Part shown: positions 1 through 12,236 of the stretch, piece after piece | Layout of the letters: the number at the start of each line of letters is the position of its first letter | Numbering within the stretch: position 1 is the stretch's first letter | Assembly (NCBI GenBank): GCA_965368975.1 | Contig: CBDUPA010000009.1 | Coordinates: 64,001-128,000, forward strand | DNA from: an uncultured bacterium | Lineage (GTDB): Bacteria > Acidobacteriota > Thermoanaerobaculia > Multivoradales > JAHZIX01 | DNA: 64,000 bases | Direction: 5' to 3' | The notes under the pieces: model-generated | What the model was told of the DNA's origin: nothing | Seen by the model: only the letters and a program-made list of their open reading frames with translations | Database searches by the model: none | Made by a program: the position numbers and the translations under genes

Positions 1-1750
1 CTTCGATCGCCGCCTTGGTCAGCTCGGACGAGAAGAGACGCCGCAGCAGGGGGCTGGTGAGCGCCTCTTCACTGCGGAAGCACGCAAGCAGCATCAGTGC
101 CGGCGGGTCCGGCGGTCGCAGCAGCTCATTGAGCAAAGACGCGCTATCCAGATCACCCCACTGTAGGTCGTCGATGTAGAGCACGACCGGATGGCGGTCG
201 GTGAGGCGCAGAAAGAGTTCGCGCAGCGCGGCGAAAGCGCGGCGACGCAACTCGCGGGAGTCGGGAATCTCCAGCACCCTGCGCTTGGCGTTGGCTATCG
301 CCTTGACGCGGCGTAGCACCGGGAACAGCCGCGCCAGTGCCAGTACGTTGTACGGCATCAGCACCTCGACTTCTTGTTCCGGCAGCTTGCGCAGATAGCG
401 GCTGAGCGAGTCGACCAGGCTGTCCAGCGCCTTGTAGGGCACGGACTCACGCTGATAGCAGCGACCGGTCAAGACCACCACCTGGTTCTCGTACTGGTGG
501 TAGACGTCGAGCAGGAAGCGGCGCACCAATGCGCTCTTTCCCATGCCCGACGACCCGTGGACAAAGACGGCCACCGTACGCCCCTTGCGCGCGGCGCGGA
601 AGCTGTCCATCAGCTGCTCCATCTGATCCTCTCGGCCAACGAACGGCGCGGAGGTGACCGAAGAACTGGTAGACCGCACCAACGAGGCTGTCGACTCCTC
701 GGAGCCCAGCCAGCGCAGGACGTCTTTGCCGGCGGGACGCTTTTCGGGATCGCGGTGCAAGAGCGCGCGACACAGCGTGTCGAGATCTTCCGGAATACTC
801 GGTAGCAGCTCACGTGGCGGCGGCGGATCGACGCGCTGCTTGTCGGTCAGGATGCGCATGATGCTGCCGGTAAAGGGAATCTGGCCGGTCAACGCTTCGT
901 AGAGCACCGCACCGACGCTGTACCAGTCCGACGCCTGCGAAATGTTCAACCCCGCGGCTTGCTCCGGTGACATGTAGGCGGGTGTGCCGACGATGTCCTC
1001 TTCGAGGCTCTCGTAGATCCGCTGCGCCATGATCTCGCGCACCAGGCCGAGATCGAGCAGAACGACGCGGCCCTCGTGCGTCGCGAGGACGTTCGAGGGC
1101 TTGATGTCGCAATGCAGCTTGCCGGTATCGTGGAGCGCCGTCAGGCCCTCCGCCAGTTGCCGCAGAGCCGTTCGCAGCATCGCCGGGTCGAACGGCAGGG
1201 CCCGGGGGAGAACAGGGGCGGAATCTCGGGCCGTACCCTCCGGGCTGGCAGCACGGGTCTTGGAACTCTCACCCTCGCTCGCAGCATCGGAGCCCCGTGG
1301 AGCAACCCCGACCGAGGTAGCGTCGCTGGTCGAGGCGGCGTCGTGGGCCAAAGTAAGGCCCTCATCTCGCAGCAGTCCCTGGTCGAGCAGGGTAGGTGCC
1401 TCGTCCGCCAACACGGAGACCAGTGGTTGGTCGTCACGCCGCCGGACCGCTTCGGTGAACGGCAGCCCCTTGACCAACTCCATGGTGAAGAACCAGCGGT
1501 CGCCGTCCGAGAGCAGCTCGTACAACTGCACCAAGTTGCGGTGGTTGACGTCACCCAGCGCGCGGAACTCTTTCTTGAAACGGTAGATCGCGGCCGGATC
1601 GACCTGATTCAGCGTCTTGAGCGCAACGATCGCCTTGCGCTCACGATCGTACGCCTCGTACACCGACCCCGAGGTACCGGAGCCGAGTTTGCGGCGCACG
1701 GAAAAGCGCTCCGTGCCCGCGAAGTCCTGCTGAAAGGGATTGTCGATCAA
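1..1750 (-). CDS. Ser/Thr protein kinase fused to AAA/STAND-type ATPase (3' end runs off the window)
   Basis: Not in the ORF track (runs off the edge). Manual translation from TTG at 1750: LGSGTSGSVY (Gly loop), VALKTL, HCDIKPSNV, DLGL, GTPAYMSPEQ, then FVGREDQ...HGSSGMGKSALV (Walker A) and YIDDLQWGD (Walker B). Confidence 0.9.
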   Translation of the reverse strand, partial: MIDNPFQQDFAGTERFSVRRKLGSGTSGSVYEAYDRERKAIVALKTLNQVDPAAIYRFKKEFRALGDVNHRNLVQLYELLSDGDRWFFTMELVKGLPFTEAVRRRDDQPLVSVLADEAPTLLDQGLLRDEGLTLAHDAASTSDATSVGVAPRGSDAASEGESSKTRAASPEGTARDSAPVLPRALPFDPAMLRTALRQLAEGLTALHDTGKLHCDIKPSNVLATHEGRVVLLDLGLVREIMAQRIYESLEEDIVGTPAYMSPEQAAGLNISQASDWYSVGAVLYEALTGQIPFTGSIMRILTDKQRVDPPPPRELLPSIPEDLDTLCRALLHRDPEKRPAGKDVLRWLGSEESTASLVRSTSSSVTSAPFVGREDQMEQLMDSFRAARKGRTVAVFVHGSSGMGKSALVRRFLLDVYHQYENQVVVLTGRCYQRESVPYKALDSLVDSLSRYLRKLPEQEVEVLMPYNVLALARLFPVLRRVKAIANAKRRVLEIPDSRELRRRAFAALRELFLRLTDRHPVVLYIDDLQWGDLDSASLLNELLRPPDPPALMLLACFRSEEALTSPLLRRLFSSELTKAAIE

Positions 1751-1927
1751 CGTTGTGCTCGGCGATCTTTGTTAGACAGCTTGCGCATTCAAGTTCCTCG
1801 TGCAGGCGCTGAGGCGAAAGCTGTTTTGAGCCTGAGGGTAATAACTTTAGATATCAGCTCCGTGCCCCAGTGTCCAGGTGGACGGGCCTACGATGGCCAT
1901 GGACACGTCTCTCGAAGAGTCGGTTCG

Positions 1928-3187
1928 TCAGACAGCGGTCTCTTCTGACCATAGACGTCCGATCTCCAGAACGACCTCCACCGCCTTGTGCAGCTCATAG
2001 TTCGACGTCCACTCCAGGCGTGAGTGAATGTTGTGGGAGCCGCAGAAGATGTTGGGCGTCGGCAAGCCGATGAAGCTGAGCCGCGAACCGTCCGTGCCAC
2101 CGCGCACGGGGGGCGAGACGACCTCCAGCCCTGCCTGCTCCATCGCCCGGCGAGCGACGTCTGTCACCACCGGGTGCTGGTCCAGCACCTCGCGCATGTT
2201 GCGGTAGGTCTCTTTGGCTTCCAGCTCGAAGCGGGATCCCGGCCAGGCTGCCACGGCTTCGGCCGCCAGCCGCTCCAACAGCTGGCGTTGCTCGCCCAGC
2301 TTGGCGCTGTCGAAATCGCGCAGCAGAATGCGCACCGTGACCTTCTCGACCCCACCCTCCACGACATTGGGATGAACGTAGCCCTCGTACCCATCAGTGG
2401 TTTCGGGGGACAGGGAGTCCTTGGGCAGACGACCGAGGAAGTCGGCGAACACGCGCAGCGCATTGACCATGCGCCCCTTGGCGTAGCCCGGATGGGTGTT
2501 GAAGCCATGGAAGGTGATGCGCACCGAGTCAGCGGAGAAGGTTTCCACTTCCAGCTCACCGGCAGCACCGCCATCGACCGTGTAGGCGTAGCGAGCACCA
2601 AAGGCCGGCACGTCGAAGAAATCCGTACCGCGGCCAACCTCTTCGTCAGGGGTGAACGCGAGGCGAACCTTGCCACGCGGTAGCTCCGGATGCGCCATCC
2701 AGTACTCGGCCGCCGCCACCATCACGGCAACACCCGCCTTGTCGTCGGCACCGAGCAGCGTCGAGCCCGAGGCAGTGATCACGTCGTGGCCAAGCACAGC
2801 CTCCAGGTCTGGATTGTCGGCCCGTGTCAACACGGCGTCGGGAGCATCCGGCAGCACCAGATCCTGCCCCTGGTAGTTCGTATGGACAATCGGAACGACA
2901 CCGGCACCGCTCATCTCCGGTGAGGTGTCGACGTGCGAGACGAAGCCGATCACTGGTGCACCTTCGACGGTCGCCGGCACTGTCGCGGTCAGGTACCCGT
3001 GCTCGTCGAGCAACACGTCCTGCAGTCCCAGCTGCCGTAACTCGGCTTCGAGCAGGCGCTGGAGATCCAGTTGTTTCGGGGTACTCGGATAGGTGTCGAC
3101 ACCGTCTTCACTCTGCGTGTCGTAGGTGACGTAGCGCAGAAAGCGTTCAACACAGGTCGTGGGGTACTTGGGCTGGAAACGTGACAT
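1928..3187 (-). CDS. pepT: Peptidase T (M20B tripeptidase)
   Basis: ERFLRYVTYDTQS, SHVDTSP, LLGADDKAG, FTPDEEVGRG, RGGTDG motifs; start placed at the ATG of MSRFQP. Confidence 0.95.
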   Translation of the reverse strand: MSRFQPKYPTTCVERFLRYVTYDTQSEDGVDTYPSTPKQLDLQRLLEAELRQLGLQDVLLDEHGYLTATVPATVEGAPVIGFVSHVDTSPEMSGAGVVPIVHTNYQGQDLVLPDAPDAVLTRADNPDLEAVLGHDVITASGSTLLGADDKAGVAVMVAAAEYWMAHPELPRGKVRLAFTPDEEVGRGTDFFDVPAFGARYAYTVDGGAAGELEVETFSADSVRITFHGFNTHPGYAKGRMVNALRVFADFLGRLPKDSLSPETTDGYEGYVHPNVVEGGVEKVTVRILLRDFDSAKLGEQRQLLERLAAEAVAAWPGSRFELEAKETYRNMREVLDQHPVVTDVARRAMEQAGLEVVSPPVRGGTDGSRLSFIGLPTPNIFCGSHNIHSRLEWTSNYELHKAVEVVLEIGRLWSEETAV

Positions 3188-3335
3188 CACCGGCAACGCT
3201 AGCACCCCCGGCACACCAGCGCCAACCCCACTGAGAGAACCAACTAGCTCGACCAGGCGCGAGCGCGAAGACGAAAAAGAGCGACGGGAGCACGGCCCCC
3301 GCCGCAAAGGGAGGAAACTGCCGAACTTTCGGTCT

Positions 3336-3722
3336 CTAGCGAGCGCTGTCCGTACTAGCTGTCGAGCCTGCGTCGGCGGCGTCAGCCCTCGCGGTCGCTT
3401 GCCCGGAGCGCACCTTCTCCGTCAGCGTCGTCTGCCCTTGCAGGGCGACATAGGGCTCGATCAACGCGAACGTCTTCTCGCCGATACCACGCACCAGCAT
3501 CAGGTCCTCCACGACCTGGAAGGGGCCGTTCTCGTCGCGGAACTCGACGATGCGGCTTGCGATGGACGGGCCGACTCGGGGCAGCAGTTGTAGCTGTGCG
3601 GGAGTCGCGGTGTTGACGTTCACCACCGCATCGGCAGCGAAAGCGGCCGGCGCGCCGAGGGCGGTGCCCAGCAGCAAGAGCATGGCGGTGAGAACACGCA
3701 TCGGATCAATGATTCGGGTCAT
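3336..3722 (-). CDS. comEA: ComEA-family helix-hairpin-helix DNA-binding protein with signal peptide
   Basis: VNVNTAT...LPRVGP...IVEFR..NGPF..VEDL..VRGIGEK; GAGGAG RBS before the ATG at 3722. Confidence 0.85.
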   Translation of the reverse strand: MTRIIDPMRVLTAMLLLLGTALGAPAAFAADAVVNVNTATPAQLQLLPRVGPSIASRIVEFRDENGPFQVVEDLMLVRGIGEKTFALIEPYVALQGQTTLTEKVRSGQATARADAADAGSTASTDSAR

Positions 3723-4142
3723 GGGAATCTCCTCATTCGTTCTTTGTTTCAAGGCGTTTGCTTCGAGTCTTGGCTTTGCTTGCTCCGAGCTCCGTGGTCG
3801 TCGTGGCTACCCTCCTGCTGTCACGCGGTCATTGAAGGTGTTTGGCTTCTGCGATGCGCCCTTCGGCGCGCTTGGCACATACACACTTCAAACCAGCTGC
3901 CAGACTTGGCAAGGAGATATAAACTCTTGTTTCAGAGTGGCTTACAGATATTCCGACGAACACACAGAGAGGCGCCGTGGTCCAGGAATTCTGCTCTGCA
4001 AGGAGCTGGAAGCCGTCGTACGAAGCCTTACGGCATGACAAGATTCTTAGACGGCAGGCAAAATCTTTTGACTGGTACCGACATCCGCGGCTAAGTGCCC
4101 AGCAAGCGCGAACTTAGAGCCCGAATTGAACGGGCAAAAAAC

Positions 4143-4337
4143 TGTGGAAAACGAACATCGGATGCGCACACCTGGAAACATAGATAAATAGCTATATCTG
4201 GCGCTTGACGCGGCCTAACCAACCACGCGGCAGTCACTTAGACCTCTCTTAGTAAGCCTGCACACCTCACAGACAAGAGCTCGAGAAGCCAGCAGCAGCG
4301 GAACCTTCCAGGGCGGTTATCCACAGGATTTCCCACA
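4143..4337. promoter_or_regulatory. DnaA-box cluster
   Basis: Perfect TTATCCACA at 4317-4325, tandem TTTCCCACA at 4329-4337 and reverse TGTGGAAAA at 4143-4151, flanking an AT-rich patch at ~4180-4198. Confidence 0.55.
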
Positions 4338-4610
4338 GGGCTGTGAGGCACAAACCCCTGATCACGCGAGGAGATCCTCGCCTTCTGGCGGGCCGCACCG
4401 TCGGCAAGCGAAACGGCAACCATCGCAACGACAGCCCAGGAGACGACCCGCGACCGGTGTGGAATCCGAACCCATGTAATCCACTGCTCTCCATGGACCT
4501 TCCGCGGTACGAAGGGGTACCATTCCCCTGGAAGCACGGGATCCGGTGGCGAGTTTCGCGGCTCCCGCCCGGACCACCTGACGAGAACCGTGACCAACCG
4601 AGCCTGCTGA

Positions 4611-6237
<1,627 letters not shown>

Positions 6238-6241
<4 letters not shown>

Positions 6242-7671
6242 CTCTTCGAAGCCTCTGGGGCTTCCTGAGATGCCTGCTTGGTCCGAATGCGATCCGCGCG
6301 GGCGACGCTCAGCTTGAGCAGCGGCGGTGTCATGAGAGTGGTCAGGATGACCATGATGACAACAGCGGAGAGGGTGGTCTGGTTGATCACCGGCTCGCCG
6401 CGCAGCATCAAGCTGGCACCGACACTGGCGAAGATCAGACCGACCTCACCGCGCGGCACCATTCCGATGGCAACCGACAGGCGGTCAATCCAGACATCGC
6501 CCCCGAACACTCCCAGGCCACAGATCATTTTGCCGACCACGGCCGTCACCGAGAGCGCGAGCGCAAAGCCCAGGACTTCGACCTGACCGAAGGTCGACAA
6601 GTCGACGCGCGTGCCCATGAGCACGAAGAAAACCGGCACCAGGAAGCTGTTGATCGGAAGCAGCAGATCCTCGAGCGTGCCATCGTGGTGTAGATCGTCC
6701 GGGTTGTCCACTGGATTGAGCTTGTCCTGAAACCGCACCGGATCCAGGATCAAACCGGCAGCAAAAGCGCCGACGATCGGGGCCAGGTCGAGCAGGCTGG
6801 CGAGGTAGGAGAGCAAGAAGCAGAAGCCGAGCGAGAAGGGCAGCAGGATGCCCTGCATGTTCAGCCGGGTAGCGATGCGAGCGAAGACATCGGGGACCTT
6901 GCCACCGATGATCACGGCACCCGCCAGGAAGGCGATGGCCTTGAAGACGATGAACACGATGCTCAGCGCATGGAGGCTCTCACCGGTGCTCGAAGCCAGG
7001 ATCATGCCCTGGACAATCGCCAGCACGACGAGACCGAGAATGTCATCGAGAACCGCGGCTCCCAGGATGATCCGCGCTTCCTGCGTGTCGACCTTGCGCA
7101 GATCGGCCAGGACACGGGCCGTGATGCCGACGCTGGTTGCGCACAGAGTGGCACCGATGAAGATGTGGACCATGCGGTCCAGGTCCGGCAAGAACAGAGC
7201 CGACAGGCCCCACCCGAGAAAGAAGGGCGCCACGACCCCCAGAACGGCGACGAACAGGCTCGAGCCGCCGACAGAGCGCATCTCGTCCAGATTCGAGTCG
7301 AGGCCGACCTCGAAGAGCAGCAGGATGACCCCGATCTCAGCCAGGATCAGGATGCCCTGATTGGTCATGAGGAAGTCGAGGCCGTGAAAGCCGAACAGCG
7401 CCAGGTTGCCTATCAGAACGCCGAACACCAGCTCACCGAGCACCGAAGGTTGGTGCAGCTTCTGGAAGAGGTAGCCTGCGACCTTGGCGCCGGCAAGCAT
7501 GATGACCAGCGCCAGCAAGACGGGCATGACGGGTCCAGCATGGCCCCCTTCGTGCTCCCCGCCAGGCGCAGCCGCATCGGTGGCCGCGAAGGCGGCGTCG
7601 CCCGAACCCTGCGACCAAGGCAGCACGAACAGGCACATCAAAATCGCGATCAAGAACCAAGCACGACGCAA
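6238..7671 (-). CDS. Cation:proton antiporter (CPA2/NapA-like)
   Basis: Many TM helices; LLFEVGLD, ATSVGITARVL, AAVLDD, VPVFF, GMVPRGEV; GGAGG RBS before TTG at 7671. Confidence 0.92.
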
Positions 7672-7788
7672 GTGGACACCTCCCTGGACAAACGGCAGCG
7701 GCGGCCCGCGAGGCGGCCGCGAAGGATCGTATCGTACCACCCAGTTCTGTCCCGTTCAGGGGAACTTCGGGCTCGCGGACCTGGAAGT

Positions 7789-7804
7789 CGGCACGGCTTT
7801 TGCT
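7789..7804 (+). promoter_or_regulatory. Sigma54 -24/-12 promoter of the two-component operon
   Basis: CGGCACGGCTTTTGCT, exact GG-N10-GC spacing, ~30 bp before the histidine kinase ATG (GGAGG RBS). Confidence 0.75.
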
Positions 7805-7832
7805 GGAATAAAGTCACCATGGAGGAACCATC

Positions 7833-9398
7833 ATGAGTCTTCGTCTTCGTCTCTTCTTGCTCATCGGCGGCCTGATCGCCATGTTGGCTGGGGCTCAGTG
7901 GTGGTGGATGCGCTCGCTGACCCAGGACCTCGGCACCCAGGCCGGCGAGGTGGCCTTCTTGGTCGGAGAGTCGGTGGTCTCAGCCTTCGTCGACGAGAAC
8001 CACCTGGGCTGGCAGACCGCCACCGTGACCAGCTCTGGCCACAGCACCGGCGGAGCAGCGGACTCTGACCAAGAACAACACGAACACCAGGTCTTCGATT
8101 TCCGCTTCGAAGACGGACAGAACACCGACAGCCCTCGGCAGCGGCGGCGGATTCAGCTGGTCACCGAGTCACGAACAGAGCACACGATCGAGCTGCGCGA
8201 GCTGGAGCCCAGTGGTACCCGGGTGACGCGGGAATGGACGGCGTCGGCTCCCCTCGACGCAGAGACAAGGGAAAGACTGCGCCATCAGCACTTCGAGGTG
8301 CGCAGCGACGTGCCGGTCAGCCAGGAAGTCGATCCAGAAGACCCCGGCCGTATCGTCTTGCGCCTGCTGGAGCAGGACGGCCAAGAGAGCGAGTTGCTGC
8401 TCGGCAATTCCCAACTTCTCCACCGGATTCCGATCCCCCGCTCGCCGCTGGTACAGCCGCTGGAGCGTTTCTCCGAGCGCTTCCTACTGGGTAGCGCCGG
8501 CATTCTCCTCCTGGGGCTGCTGCTTGCCGGCCTGCTGGCACACCGAGTGACGGCACCGCTGTACCGCTTGTCACGTGCAGCCCGCGAGGTGGGAGAGGGC
8601 GCCCTCGGAACCCAAGTCGCCGTGCACACCGGCGGCGAAGTGGGCGCGACCCTGACCGCCTTCAACCGCATGTCCCGGCACCTGCAGGACCTGGACGCGG
8701 ACGCTCGGCGGCTGCGCGCCCGCGAACACCTCGGCGAGCTCGGCGAGGTCGCCCGCGGCCTGGCACACAGTCTGCGCAATCCGCTCAACGCCCTGGGACT
8801 TTCCGTGGAAACCCTGACCGCGACCGACGAGGAAAGCGAGCGCTTGCAGCTGGCTGACGCCGCCCGCCGGCAGATCCGCCGCATGGACAGCGCCTTGCGG
8901 TCGTTCCTGGCCCTCGCCAGCGGCGGCGGCGGCGAGCCGGAACCTGTGTCGCTGACCGCGTTGCTGCAGGATGTCGCCCTGGAAGCCTTGCAAGACGCCA
9001 ACGGCGGCCGTGTACGAGTTGACCTCGAGCCCGGCCCCACGCTGCCGCCGCTACGCGCGGTGGCACCAGAACTGAGGGCCGTGCTGCAGGCGCTGGTGAT
9101 CAACGCCGTAGAGGCCAGTCCGGCGGGCGGCTCGGTGACGGTCAAGGCCTCGTCACCCGAGGCGGAGCACTGGCGCGTCGAGATCTTGGACCGTGGCCCC
9201 GGCTTGCCGGCAGCGGTCCGTGAGCGTCTGTTCACACCTCACACTTCGACCAAGCCCCACGGCTCGGGGATGGGACTCTACCTCGCCCAGCGTATCGCCA
9301 GCAATCGCTACGGCGGCGAGCTCCGCTTGCTGGAGCGGGAGGACGGAGGCACCCGCGCGATCCTGGATCTTGCACCCCGCTGCGGAGGCAATGCATGA
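7833..9398 (+). CDS. HAMP-domain sensor histidine kinase
   Basis: Two TM helices, HAMP, H-box GLAHSLRNPL, N-box INAVEA, DRGPG, GSGMGLY. Confidence 0.95.
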   Translation: MSLRLRLFLLIGGLIAMLAGAQWWWMRSLTQDLGTQAGEVAFLVGESVVSAFVDENHLGWQTATVTSSGHSTGGAADSDQEQHEHQVFDFRFEDGQNTDSPRQRRRIQLVTESRTEHTIELRELEPSGTRVTREWTASAPLDAETRERLRHQHFEVRSDVPVSQEVDPEDPGRIVLRLLEQDGQESELLLGNSQLLHRIPIPRSPLVQPLERFSERFLLGSAGILLLGLLLAGLLAHRVTAPLYRLSRAAREVGEGALGTQVAVHTGGEVGATLTAFNRMSRHLQDLDADARRLRAREHLGELGEVARGLAHSLRNPLNALGLSVETLTATDEESERLQLADAARRQIRRMDSALRSFLALASGGGGEPEPVSLTALLQDVALEALQDANGGRVRVDLEPGPTLPPLRAVAPELRAVLQALVINAVEASPAGGSVTVKASSPEAEHWRVEILDRGPGLPAAVRERLFTPHTSTKPHGSGMGLYLAQRIASNRYGGELRLLEREDGGTRAILDLAPRCGGNA

Positions 9399-10813
9399 AG
9401 GGCGAAGAGCAGCGGAGGCAGCGAGTGAGTGACATCCGCGTTCTGATCGTCGAGGACGAGCCGGATCAGCGGCGACTGCTGGCGGACATCTTGCGCTCGG
9501 AGGGCTACCTGGCGACCGAAGCCGAGGACTGTGCGAGCGCCCGGACTCAGCTGCAAGCCACGGCCGTCGACCTGGTGCTGAGCGACTGGAAGCTACCCGA
9601 TGGAGATGGTATGGAGCTACTGCTGGAAGTCCAGAGCCACTGGCCGCGCACCGCCTTTGTCATGATCACCGCCTACGGCACTATTTCCCGCGCCGTCGAA
9701 GCTGTGCGTCGAGGTGCCGATGACTTCCTGCCCAAGCCCTTCGAGCGACAAGCCTTGCTGCTCGCGCTCGAGCGCACGCTCAAGGCTCGCCGGCTGGAAG
9801 CCGAGAACCGGCGACTGAGCGAAGAGTTGCAGGAGCGCGACCGCCTGGTCGACCTCGTGGGCAGCGCCCCGAGCATGCAGCGGCTGTTCCGGCGCGTCGA
9901 GAAGATCGCTGGCACGCAAGCCACCGTGCTGCTGGCAGGGGAGAGCGGCACCGGCAAGGAACTGGCTGCGCGTGCCCTGCACGCATTGTCGTCGCGCGCC
10001 CGCGGTCCTTTCGTGGCCGTCAACTGCGCGGCCATCCCCGAGGGTCTGATGGAGGCCGAGTTCTTCGGTGCCGAGAAGGGTGCCTTCACCGGCGCCGACC
10101 GAGTGCGGGTGGGCAAGTTCGAGGCGGCCCACCTCGGAACCCTGTTTCTGGACGAGGTTGGCGAGCTACCACTGGAGATTCAGCCCAAGTTGCTGCGCGC
10201 CCTGCAGGAGGGCACCGTGACGCGGGTCGGCGGCAATCGCGAGCTGGCAGTGGACGTGCGGATCCTGGCCGCGACCAATCGCGACCTGGAAGCCGAGGTC
10301 GCCGCGAGTCGCTTCCGCGAGGATCTCTACTACCGCTTGAACGTGGTACCGATCCCCCTGCCACCGCTACGCGATCGTCGCGAGGACATCCCGCGACTGG
10401 TGGAGCACTTCGTGCAACGGGCAGCGCGCCGCCACGGCGTCCAACCGGCCAGGTTCCCTCCGGCTTTGCTACGCCGTCTGATCGACTACACCTGGCCGGG
10501 CAACGTACGCGAGCTGGCCAATGTCGTCGAGCGCCTGCTTCTCCTTGCCGACGACGACCTGGTACAGGCCGAAGACCTACCCCCGTCTTTCGACGGTCCC
10601 AACGGCGGCGGTAGTGCCGAGGACAGCGCCCAGAACGACGGTGGCTTCCGCCTACCTCCCGGAGGCTTGTCCTGGGAGGCGCTGGAATGTAGCTGTCTAC
10701 AGCAGGCCCTCGAACTAGCCGGCGGCAACCGCGCACGCGCAGCCCGCCTGCTGGACCTACCGTACAAGGCGTTCCTGTATCGACTCGAGAAGCACGGTCT
10801 GGCTGCGAGCTGA
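9395..10813 (+). CDS. Sigma54-dependent response regulator (NtrC family)
   Basis: Receiver (VEDE, SDWKLP), [30 protein letters not shown]-terminal Fis HTH. True start may be the GTG near 9425. Confidence 0.96.
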   Translation: MKGEEQRRQRVSDIRVLIVEDEPDQRRLLADILRSEGYLATEAEDCASARTQLQATAVDLVLSDWKLPDGDGMELLLEVQSHWPRTAFVMITAYGTISRAVEAVRRGADDFLPKPFERQALLLALERTLKARRLEAENRRLSEELQERDRLVDLVGSAPSMQRLFRRVEKIAGTQATVLLAGESGTGKELAARALHALSSRARGPFVAVNCAAIPEGLMEAEFFGAEKGAFTGADRVRVGKFEAAHLGTLFLDEVGELPLEIQPKLLRALQEGTVTRVGGNRELAVDVRILAATNRDLEAEVAASRFREDLYYRLNVVPIPLPPLRDRREDIPRLVEHFVQRAARRHGVQPARFPPALLRRLIDYTWPGNVRELANVVERLLLLADDDLVQAEDLPPSFDGPNGGGSAEDSAQNDGGFRLPPGGLSWEALECSCLQQALELAGGNRARAARLLDLPYKAFLYRLEKHGLAAS

Positions 10814-10827
10814 GGCAGGCTTCCCCT

Positions 10828-10860
10828 CCTCATTTCGGCAGCGGTCTTCCCATTTCGGGA
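10828..10860. promoter_or_regulatory. Putative enhancer (UAS) for the sigma54 activator
   Basis: CATTTCGG repeated at 10831 and 10851 (20-bp spacing); the second copy lies in the dyad TCCCATTTCGGGA; upstream of a sigma54 promoter. Confidence 0.5.
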
Positions 10861-10903
10861 TGTCTGTGACCTTCTCGACGCGGATTCTCCGGTCCTATGG
10901 GGC

Positions 10904-10919
10904 TGGCACGAGGGTTGCT
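10904..10919 (+). promoter_or_regulatory. Sigma54 -24/-12 promoter
   Basis: TGGCACGAGGGTTGCT matches TGGCAC-N5-TTGCW; upstream of the ORF at 10995. Confidence 0.85.
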
Positions 10920-10994
10920 GTACAGGAGCGATAGGTCGACATTGATCTTCCCGATCAACCCAAGGCCATCCTGATCAACCCAAGGAGAACTACG

Positions 10995-11987
10995 ATGAAG
11001 CAAATATCCTCCCTCCCTCTGCTGCTGACCGCACTGGCCCTGACGGCCGCTTTGGTGGCGGGCCCGGCAGGTCCCATGGCTGCTGACGAGGCGCACGAAG
11101 GACACCAGGTGAAGCTGAAGGTGATGGCCGGTGACGAACTCGTCACCGTCGACCTCAGTGACCTGGAGCTGGGGCAGAGCAAGCAGATCTCGACCGACTC
11201 CGGCAAGCTCATCACCGCCACACGCGATGACCAGGGCTACGAACTGGACATCGATGGCAAGACGATTCGCATTGGTGGTCACGGTCATGGCGGCGTGCAG
11301 GTGCACTCCGACGACGACCACCAGGTCGTGATCCACGAGCGGCAGGTACACCGTGAAATCCGCGAGATCCGCCTCGACGATGGCGACGTGATCAAGATCG
11401 AAGGCTCCCTGGACCTGGAGGTTGGCGAAACGCGGGAGCTGACCACTCAGAACAGCGCCCCTGCAACGCTGAGCCGTGACGACGAAGGCCTACTACTGAG
11501 TGTCGGCGGTGAAGAGATCCGCCTGCCCAATCACCACGCGATCGCGATGGCCGCCTTCAGCGGTGAGGGCGAGCACGTCATGGAGTGGCACACCGACGGC
11601 GGCTCTACGACGCACGGCTTCCGGCAGGTCATCGTGAACTGCGATGACGGCGACGAGGACTGCGCCGAGCGCATCAAGATCAAGCACTTCGACATCGACA
11701 ACCTGAGCGAGCTGGACCTGGAGAACATCGACCTGGAGAACTTCGACTTCGAAGGCTTTGAGGATCTCGACATCGACCTCGATGGTGACGTCAAGGTCTT
11801 CGTGGTGCGGGGCGACGACGTCCTACACACGGGTGACGGCGAGCACGGCACACGCGTGATGATTCTGCGCACAGACGGAGAGGAACTGCACCTCAGTGGC
11901 GACGGCGACAGCGAACACAAGGTGATAGTGATCGAACTGGACGAAGAGATCGAGATCCACACCGACGACGAGAACGAGCCCCGCTGA
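10995..11987 (+). CDS. Secreted His/Asp/Glu-rich hypothetical protein with internal duplication
   Basis: AAGGAG RBS, signal peptide ending PMA-ADE, two ~50-aa beta-rich repeats, CDDGDEDC loop. Confidence 0.85.
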   Translation: MKQISSLPLLLTALALTAALVAGPAGPMAADEAHEGHQVKLKVMAGDELVTVDLSDLELGQSKQISTDSGKLITATRDDQGYELDIDGKTIRIGGHGHGGVQVHSDDDHQVVIHERQVHREIREIRLDDGDVIKIEGSLDLEVGETRELTTQNSAPATLSRDDEGLLLSVGGEEIRLPNHHAIAMAAFSGEGEHVMEWHTDGGSTTHGFRQVIVNCDDGDEDCAERIKIKHFDIDNLSELDLENIDLENFDFEGFEDLDIDLDGDVKVFVVRGDDVLHTGDGEHGTRVMILRTDGEELHLSGDGDSEHKVIVIELDEEIEIHTDDENEPR

Positions 11988-12236
11988 CCGGCCAAGCAAG
12001 GCCCCGGGAGAGAAATTTCCGGGAATTTCCAGAAAGCTGTCCATCCAATCAGGGGTAGCGGCAACACCATAGTGGGCAGGGCTACAAACACTGCAGTTCG
12101 CGGCCCTGTTGCAAGGTCTTCCGCACTCCTAGAGAAACGGCGTGGCCGAGGTTGGTCGCCACGCCGTATTTTTTTGTCTTCAGCTTTCTGTCTTCAGCTT
12201 CTAGGCCTGTGCTACGATTTGCCCGCCGTGCAGCAC

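Noticed and set aside
3886-3902. Possible sigma54 promoter for comEA (TGGCAGCTGGTTTGAA on the minus strand)
   Set aside because: The -12 element is GA rather than GC; too weak to call.
11680-11810. Acidic stretch DIDNLSELDLENIDLENFDFEGFEDLDIDLDGDVKVF resembling pearlin scaffold peptides (TglA/BhaA-like composition)
   Set aside because: It is internal to a 330-aa secreted protein ~43 kb from the PEARL genes; PEARLs act on a free cytoplasmic C-terminus, so the resemblance is probably compositional.
12012-12029. Near-palindrome GAAATTTCCGGGAATTTC
   Set aside because: Single occurrence with no assignable regulator.
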